NCBI GenBank assembly: GCA_964016885.1
Contig: OZ024743.1
Location: forward strand, 213,962,001 to 214,026,000
Length of the DNA stretch: 64,000 nt
Direction of reading: 5' to 3'
DNA from: Eledone cirrhosa
Lineage: Eukaryota
The notes beneath the pieces were generated by a model. It was not told the origin of the DNA. It saw nothing but the letters and a program-made list of their open reading frames with translations, and did not search any database. The translations under genes were made by a program, and so were the position numbers. This document shows positions 55,346 to 64,000 of the stretch, in pieces (position 1 is the stretch's first letter; the number at the start of each line of letters is the position of its first letter).

Positions 55346-57379
55346 CTCGTAAATGTTATGATTTAATCTTTTAATATTATCACCAACAATTGTACTTATA
55401 CTGCCCCAAAACTTCTTTTCACACCCGTCTATGTGCATCACCTCTCCTGATCTCCAAATTCATCAAACAGCTAACAACCCTTCCAGCATATCTCCTTCAT
55501 TATCAAGAATTATTCCTCGTGATGGTCGCAAATATTCCTTACTAACGCGGCCGAGGCGTGTAGTAAAGCTATTGCAATCTTCAACACTCTACACGTTTCC
55601 ATGAACTAGTTACAACTAACACATTTCTAATCTTCCCCCGACCTCTACCAGGCCACACATATCTCTACACATATCAGTTTTTACGATGATTGGCTTATCT
55701 TAGCTATGAAAATATCATAATTTACCATATGGCATTTTCAATCAGTGGAGTTGTCTGTGTCCTGCTAATTTTAGTTTAAATAAATTTGAGATTGCTTGAG
55801 ATTTACCCCAGACACATCAAGTGTAGCTATGTCCTTAACTAAAACCACCATCATAGTCATATCTCATGACATTCTACAAACAACAAATACTCAATCCAAC
55901 AAGTGTTTTAATTGATTCACTCGTAGCTGCGTGCACTGCAGTAGCTCAAGTAGGAAACAAGACCTAAAAAAATTAAAGGTAATCTGGAAGGGGTTACATA
56001 GTACTGTAAATCACGCAAGTACTAACCGAATCCCGAAGGATGCATTCGTGTATCCCAAGTTCTTCGGGATGTGTGGTGGTATTATTTCTCCTACATGTTC
56101 AGTTGGCGAGTGACCCGTTTTGATATTATTTTATGTTGCTAGTGTTTAGTTTGGAGAGGTTAGGAGCCTAGCACGAACTGGCTTAAATAGTGTTTCGTTT
56201 ATGTGCCATCTCTTTTCATTCGTGTTGGAAAATGTGATATATGAGTTATGTATATTCTATAACATGTTTGTTCGTCGATCCTTTTGGGCGCTCTGCTGTT
56301 TTGTTTTCAGTTAATCAGTGTACTATTGTCATTTATATATCAATATATAATATATTGAAAATATACAGATGCTACCTAATAGTTTAATTTATACGTTAGT
56401 CTCAAGGTAGCTCAAATAAATCTGTACCCCTCAAGGAATCTTGTTCTAACGCGCTAATCTACCCACCGAATAGGCTAACATTAATTATAAAGAAAACATA
56501 ATAGAGATATACCTGTAAGAAAGAGCTGCTTTACATATTTAAATATCTTATCTTCCGAAATTTCATTTCTAATCCTAAATTTCAAAAAGCAAAACATATA
56601 TGAGATCAGAGATAATTAATAGATTTTGATGAATTTGGAAGTAAATGTTGTATGAACGTAAGCAATGGTAACTAAGCTTACCCTGAAAACTTATTATTAA
56701 GTTAAAGTGACATGAAGAATTCTTTACTAATATTGGATTTACAGGGCCAAATAAAATTCACAAACTGTGTTTAATTAAGCTATAAAATATTACAGAATTT
56801 ACTACCTTGAACAAACACTTCTCGTTTCCATGGATACATGATCATTTATTTGACGTTTATGGGAATCCTATGTATATATGATTAATTTAGAAATTATTGC
56901 AGGTATGAGATGTTATCTAAGAAAAGAAAAAACTAAAAAAATATGTTTCAGAAAATAAGTTCATTGAACTGAAATTTGGAGGTTTGATTAAATTTAGTTC
57001 AGATAATTTCTCTCAAAGATATATCCTCTTTGATCATTTGTATACAAGCTTCTTCGTACATTGCTCTGAAGATTCTAAAACTTTTAATTTCCTCTTATAT
57101 ATATTTTAAAACCTTATATTCTTTCTTTGTTTTCTATTGCCTTCTGAGAAAAGTGATTTCATTCTTCTGATTTCTATAATAAATATAATCTTTATAGATT
57201 ATAATAATAATATTCTTACACGGAACTGAATCTTTCTTAATGCTTTGTTGATGATATTCAAATATTGATTTTTAAAAATTTTTTTACGTGTATAATGGTT
57301 CCCTTCCAATACTTTTATGTTCTGTATATCATGGTGATTACTATGGCGACGGTGGGGATAACTATAACAATAATACAAC

Positions 57380-57380
57380 A

Positions 57381-57419
<39 letters not shown>

Positions 57420-57429
57420 GCTCGTGCTG

Positions 57430-57486
<57 letters not shown>

Positions 57487-57531
57487 TTTATTACTGTTGT
57501 TGTTGTTCTTCTTCTAATATTATTATCATCA

Positions 57532-57578
<47 letters not shown>

Positions 57579-57580
57579 AC
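57380..57580. repeat. (CTA)n/(TTA)n compound microsatellite
   Basis: Direct reading. Confidence 0.95.
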
Positions 57581-58629
57581 AACAACTACAATAATAGCAA
57601 CAACCATACTGGTATTTGCTGTAAACTATTTCATTCTTCTCAGATAGGGTAAATTATGTCATTTTCTCTGCAATATTTAATTCATTTTCTTATCTCCTCT
57701 AATATATATCTTCATCATTCTCTCTGGAAATTAATTTTACGTTTTATTTATTTTATATTTCACCTTAAGGTGAAAGAGAAGTTTCATACTTCCGGATATT
57801 TAGAAGAATGTTAAATTGATGCATGTGTAGTAATATATATTGTTAAAATCCAATAGAAATAAATAAATTTGGAAATATATCACGCCTTGAGTAGAAATGT
57901 TATTGCTGTATAGAAAAAAATATTAAATCATAAAAAGAAACGTGTTACATAGAATTTTTGAATAGCTTTACAAAGAAAAATATAATTACTCAAAACTCTC
58001 CATATACATGCATTCAATGTCACAAGAAGTAATTCTAAATATTAATAGATTTCTTCAGAAATAAAACGCCGCAAAGAACGTGTATTATACAAATGAATTT
58101 GAGATTGCAAGATCTTGCCTCGTTCGCTGTAGTATACATTTGTTATGTAATATAACCTATGTGCCTATCACCCCAATTTACCATTAATGTGAGTATCATG
58201 TTGACATTAAAGTTCAATAAGATATCGTTCAAATAAAACAATACGCCAATAGTTCAATATCTTGTTTTGTTCTCATTAGAAGGTCAAAATTGTTTGGCAG
58301 AAAAAGAGTTTATTGGAATTAATATATTCAATTACATAATAAAACATCGATGTTTGTATGTTTGTGTGAGGCCGCCATCATTTCCGTTTATGAGTGTTCC
58401 ACGTGCTTGAGTAAAGATACGGCCTGTTTGTAAATATGATTGATCATTCTACAGACACGTGCAACCATAACAAAATCCCAGTGTAAATACTGATATACAA
58501 TGTCTGACAACGCTGGGTATTCAAATAATATGCCTGATTTCCTAGAATACATCAAGTATCTTTCTCAAGACTACATCCGCCCAATAAGGACGCCATAATC
58601 ATTCAGGCAAAGTAAAACCGATATAATAT

Positions 58630-58812
58630 CTACGAATACAGTTGGACACACTAGAAGAGGAAGACCAAGGTTAACGCATGTTGATGCCCTAAGGACAGAC
58701 ACTGGTCTATTGGAGACGCAGGATATGGCAGCGATAATGAGGGACAGAGACCGCTGGAGAGAACTCGTCCATGGATCTCGGGAATTTTACCCGCCTTAGA
58801 ATAGAATAGAAC
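58630..58812 (+). mobile_element. Extreme 3' end of RTE/RTEX-like LINE
   Basis: GHTRRGRPRLTHVDALRTDTGL..DMAAIMRDRDRWRELV..* then (AATAG)n tail. Confidence 0.75.
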
Positions 58813-59847
58813 AATTGTAGCGATATATTATCCGATGAAAATATAGGACATAAGTGAAAATTCATGCACCTACAGAATTATAAAAAAAAACATATTTTAA
58901 GATTCAACATTTTTAGTTATCGTTATGCGCAATTAAAACCTATAATGCCATTAACCATATAAAAACACCGATCCGCTGATTGCTAGTGATTGTCTAACAT
59001 ATTTACCACAGTCCGTCATTTTAGGGTTTTAATGTTTGTGTAAAGTTTAAACAAGTCCAAATATCTTATCTCTGATTTTTAAACGAAATATAATGCAAAT
59101 TACTTTCTATGAGCCCTATATCATTGTGATTTACTGGGATATCTACAGATTAAATGGAAATAAAGAGGGTAAATAATTTACACAGAGAGTGAATTTAAAA
59201 TAAATATATCGAACAACTATATATGAAGACACATTTCTGTGAAATGTAATATTAATCGTTTTTCAAATATTCTTCTCGGATTCGAAGAGTGGGAGTCACA
59301 TTAAATGAAACCCTACTTGGATTAATATATTAGTGATTTTGTCATAATACTTTGAAACAATAACAATGCGGAACCACAAAGGTTGAAATATTGCTTACCA
59401 GAAAACTACTTTAAATGTATATAATACATTTTCCATCTTTTCTATGGACATAGCATGTCATTGTGAATATTTGTTGCCAAACCTTCCAGGTTGAAAGATT
59501 CGTTCAGTCCATATGATTAATCATATAATAATCTAAACAAACGATTCTTGAAACAATTCTTTATGTGTAAAATAAAGAAATTATGTTTCATTTCACGATC
59601 ATTTACACTTTCCTCTTTCAAAGTCAATATATTCGCGCATCTCACTTCCCAAACCAGAAGTTACCGATAATTCTTTTCATTGTTACATACACGCAACATC
59701 TTATATCAAAAGAAATTAAGAAGATTATTGAAAAGTCCGACTTTTTAAAAAATGCCTTTTATGGATATCTATTTAGGATTTTATGTAAGTATAAGTAGGT
59801 ATGATTACACCCCCCCCCCCACACACACACAGACACACACACACACG

Positions 59848-59940
<93 letters not shown>

Positions 59941-60009
59941 GTATACATATATGTATGTACGTATACATACTTACACACACACACATATTTATATATATAT
60001 ATATATATA

Positions 60010-60212
60010 TGCTCTACGGTTCTTATATATTTGATATATATTTATCCTTATACGAGCCCTATATGTATACATATATGTATGTACGTATACATACTTACAC
60101 ACACACATATATATATAAATATTTACTCTACGCTTCTTATATAATTGATATATATCTGTCCTTATCGAGCCCTCTTTGTATTTTAGTCTTCAAATTTATT
60201 ATTATTACTATA
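60010..60212 (+). mobile_element. Two solo 3'-terminal fragments of the 30284-34873 pLTR
   Basis: CTCTACG..TTCTTATATA..CCTTATCGAGCCCTCTTTG..GTCTTCAAATTTATTATTATTACTA matches reverse complement of 33644-33740. Confidence 0.8.
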
Positions 60213-60281
60213 TATATATATATATGTAAACTTACCACTTTCGTGTAAACAAGTGCTATTATGCCTCATATCATGTTACCT

Positions 60282-60351
60282 TATTTTATCTGATGAGAAC
60301 ACAATTTTTGTCCCAGGATGATTTTGAATTTGAAATGCGCATAATAAAATA
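60282..60351 (+). ncRNA. Type I HHR (same family as 52620-52689)
   Basis: tattttat CTGATGA gaac..attt GAAA tgcgca TA ataaaata; 8-bp stem I. Confidence 0.8.
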
Positions 60352-60397
60352 TATGGAACTCTTTTAACTCTTTTAACCATCTTTTAATTTCTTCTTT

Positions 60398-60439
<42 letters not shown>

Positions 60440-60442
<3 letters not shown>

Positions 60443-60800
60443 GTGGAACACTGGAAGGTAATATCCGTAGTGGCAGAGCACTCACTGCATGGGACAAGTC
60501 AGGTAGAAGTGGTTACACAACAGTTACTTCACCATACCGAGAAAAACTGTTTCACCTTAGCCGTTCCTATATATATCACTCCACATAATGGCATAATTTA
60601 TCCTCGCATTTTCCCCGTTCATCGCCAGGGAACGTCTTCACGAACCAAAGTATCATCTTCTTGTTTTCCCTCGGTTGCAACCTTTTTCGAATATTTACTT
60701 CTGCGTACACAGATTGATTTTTTTTTTAATTTCAGAAGATCCCATTAAGGGTAAAAAAAAAAACAATTCTTTGCTTAAACTTTAATCAGTTATTTTAATA
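60440..60800. mobile_element. Chimeric head-to-head insertion of two unrelated pLTR fragments
   Basis: 60440-60525 is the reverse complement of the 9215-9303 family; 60595-60800 matches the pLTR of 30284-34873. Confidence 0.7.
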
Positions 60801-61008
60801 TATATATATATTAAAACAGGGAGAAAGAGTCGATTATTAAGAAGAAAACTATATTTATTTCCTTTTTTGTTTCCCTCTCCCTTTTTTCCGGGTTAGAAAA
60901 TGATTAAAACGAAATGTTTTTATTTGTGTGAAGTGTTAAGGTATTAATTGATTTACTGATTATATAACAATGGCATTTATTTATCTATTTATATATTTAA
61001 TTATTGTC

Positions 61009-61045
61009 TATTACCGGTTTCAGCATTTTTATGCATTATCAAATG
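61009..61045 (-). ncRNA. Minimal HHR, U3-A8 variant
   Basis: cat TTGATAA t gcat aaaa atgc t GAAA ccgg TA ata. Confidence 0.65.
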
Positions 61046-61292
61046 ATAGTGAAATGTGTTAGTGTGGTGTCGCATATGTTATAGAGAAGGTGCAGATAGA
61101 ATAATGTTATTTACAAACAAGGATTATGAAGTGAAAAGAAAAAAAAAAGGAAAAAAAACGTGCATAATGTAGAGCATAAAAAGTCAATGTGGAAGCATAG
61201 TTATTGAAGTTAAGCATCTCAAAATGTGTTAATATAGCAAGAGTGCTTAGTTGATCCATGATTCCATGATGGAGGCAAATGGTGGACTAAGG

Positions 61293-61327
<35 letters not shown>

Positions 61328-61379
61328 GCGCATTTATTATTATTACGATATATATATAATCTCTCTCTCTCTATATATA

Positions 61380-61454
61380 TATGTAGATATATATGTGTAT
61401 ATGTATATATATATATATATATATAAATATATATATATATATGTATATATATAC

Positions 61455-61485
<31 letters not shown>

Positions 61486-61486
61486 C

Positions 61487-61529
<43 letters not shown>

Positions 61530-61548
61530 TATACATATATATATATAC

Positions 61549-61581
<33 letters not shown>

Positions 61582-61609
61582 CATATATTATACATATATA
61601 TATATATAC

Positions 61610-61668
<59 letters not shown>

Positions 61669-61717
61669 CATATATATACATTTATATATATATACATATA
61701 CATTTATATATATATAC

Positions 61718-61782
<65 letters not shown>
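61380..61782. repeat. (TA)n tract
   Basis: Direct reading. Confidence 0.95.
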
Positions 61783-61889
61783 TAGAGAAAATTGAGGTTG
61801 GTAATGGCAGATGGAATATATAAGAGACAGAATACTTTTTTGTGAAAAAACATAATTTTATAATGTAAGGAAATTATAAAGGGTATAAA

Positions 61890-61935
61890 AAATGACCGGT
61901 TTCGATGGGTCTGCAAAAGCCATCTTTGCAAATGT
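61890..61935 (-). ncRNA. Minimal HHR, U3-A8 plus A6C variant
   Basis: acat TTGCAAA gatgg..ccatc GAAA ccgg TC attt; 5-bp stem II, weak stem I. Confidence 0.55.
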
Positions 61936-62190
61936 TGATTAATATTAAGAAAAATTAATAATACGAAGAGTTAAAATTTGAGATTTGAAAATTCAAGTAT
62001 AAAATTCATTGTGGGATTTCATAGCAGTTTTCATCTAGGTAGCAAGAACAGGTTGACTGCTGTGTCCCAACCAACCAACCAACCAGAAATTTATAGATTT
62101 GTAAATTTGTAAATTTATAAATATATAATAAATTGAAGTGAAAGCAAGGTGGTGCGTGTGTTTCTTATTGGCAACATGACCCCCCCAAAG

Positions 62191-62307
<117 letters not shown>

Positions 62308-62332
62308 ATATATGTATATATATATGTATATA

Positions 62333-62803
62333 ACGAAGGATATGTGGTAAGGAACCAGGTGGACCATAACGCACCAAAGTACTCAATACTTGAGGTAGTA
62401 GAGTGGGTAATAGGAACCAGTAAGACCCCGACAGCTGAGCTCAAGCCGTTTCGACGGCTAATTCTGGACTAAATGAACATTTATCCTGGTATTTAAATAG
62501 CCGATCTTCTCAAGGGGTAATTCCATATATGGTCAAAGTGATTGTCAAAAATCAGTAGTAATTCTGTGGTTGCAAATTAGTAGGGGAGATGGTGGCTAAA
62601 CCTGCTGGCAGGTTTAGCCACCATCTCCCCTACTAATTTGCAACCACAGAATTACTACTGATTTTTGACAATCACTTTGACCATATATGGAATTACCCCT
62701 TGAGAAGATCGGCTATTTAAATACCAGGATAAATGTTCATTTAGTCCAGAATTAGCCGTCGAAACGGCTTGAACTCAGCTGTCGGGGTCTTACTGGTTCC
62801 TAT
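62333..62803. mobile_element. Family B near-perfect palindrome with complete U3-A8 HHR on each strand
   Basis: Arms 62410-62605 / 62608-62803, one mismatch seen; HHRs 62425-62518 (-) and 62695-62788 (+): acccc TTGAGAA ga-t-cggcta..tagccgtc GAAAC ggcttga(g/a)ctcagct GTC ggggt. Confidence 0.92.
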
Positions 62804-63048
62804 ATATGTATATATATATATATATAGATATACATGTATATATGTATATATATATGTATATATAAAGATTAGGATTGGTGCTCTGAAATCGCGATGTATA
62901 CATGCATGTATGTAAGTATAGTATATTTGGCAATATACCCTATGTTTAATTAAAACAGTTTGAAGACCTTGCACTATCATTTTTAAAGTAGTGACTATGT
63001 CACCTACTTCTTTTTTCAGCAAAAGTATATATATATGAGAAGCATATA

Positions 63049-63084
63049 TATTTGAAAAGCAGAAGAACTGCGAAACCGGTAATG
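63049..63084 (+). ncRNA. Minimal HHR, U3-A8 variant
   Basis: tat TTGAAAA gcag aagaa ctgc GAAA ccgg TA atg; downstream 63085-63160 matches reverse complement of ~16545-16618. Confidence 0.7.
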
Positions 63085-63156
63085 GAACCAAATAAATATA
63101 TATATTTTTTAAAAAATAAGACTCCAGTTGCATTTTGGATTTCATCTTTTTTTCTT

Positions 63157-63227
<71 letters not shown>

Positions 63228-63320
63228 ATCTGTAATCATTCCTATTCATACTTACATATAATCTTTAATAAATATCCATAAAACCATTTGAATTGAAGTC
63301 GGACTCAGCCACGCGCCTTC

Positions 63321-63379
<59 letters not shown>

Positions 63380-63661
63380 TTACTTTAGAGTGAGGAAAAG
63401 CTGAAGAACGTCTACATTCACACACATATATATATAACAAAGAAAGCGTTGGAAAATCCTAGAATTTCTTTGGAAGGTTTTTTGATATGAAATTATGTGT
63501 TGAAACAGATATTGTTATATTTGGGGAGAGTTATGTTGTCCAACATAATAATAAAACATACCCACTGTTTCGTTTGGTTTTCACTTCAGTTCAGTATATT
63601 TATTCAGTTCAGTACATTGGTTACCAGCTAAATTATTATATTGACAATATTAGGACAACGT

Positions 63662-63950
63662 GTCAAAGCAATACTATATGTCACAAAATATATCAATAAG
63701 ATTAGTGACATGGCTACCTCTGTTTCTGACAAGGAATTCAATGATGGTGGGCTGGTTTTGGTCAAACAGTATTAGACAAGTCGATACATCTCCAGCAATA
63801 AAGCTATCTGGGTTTGATATCCAACAGTGGTCAACCTCATAGTCCATCTAGAAAATGAATAGAGAGTGTACTTCACTGAGACCACTGCTCATCAGTTTGC
63901 ACAAGCAACACCTGACACTACTCTAACTGCTTTTAAAATAAATTGCCACT
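63662..63950 (+). pseudogene. Helitron RepHel fragment
   Basis: VKAILYVTKYINKISDMA..VKQY*TSRYISSNKAIW..YPTVVNLIVHLENE*RVYFTE..PDTTLTAF, the conserved post-Rep segment of Helitron RepHel. Confidence 0.85.
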
Positions 63951-64000
63951 TGTAAGACTTGGAATCGAAGGGAGCAGAGTCATTTCGTGGAAGGTCATGA

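Overview
AT-rich, microsatellite-saturated eukaryotic (animal) non-genic DNA. The SINE and LINE repertoire looks molluscan and probably octopus (inference). No intact host protein-coding gene is supportable, and almost all supplied ORFs are (TA)n/(CA)n read-throughs. The window is dominated by Penelope-like retroelements (PLEs) and their non-coding derivatives inserted in (TA)n tracts: one near-full-length RT+GIY-YIG pseudogene with ~1.2-kb direct pseudo-LTRs (30284-34873), one 5'-truncated copy inside a ~1.5-kb inverted repeat (35950-41098), several endonuclease fragments, and many short head-to-head palindromic insertions. Reading by eye gives about 35 type I hammerhead-ribozyme (HHR) motifs, intact or degenerate, from roughly a dozen sequence families. 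Many have non-canonical cores (U3-A8 instead of C3-G8; conserved C.A or U.U mismatch at 10.1/11.1) and family-specific palindromic stem III. Several lie one per unit in 511-593-bp non-coding tandem repeats, a retrozyme-like, circRNA-competent architecture. One family shows clear stem II covariation plus a candidate GAGAA/UUCUC pseudoknot. Also present: tRNA-derived SINEs, RTE, R4/RLE-type and Tx1-type LINE fragments, Helitron pieces and a 200-N assembly gap. All folds were derived manually; no software or database search was run.
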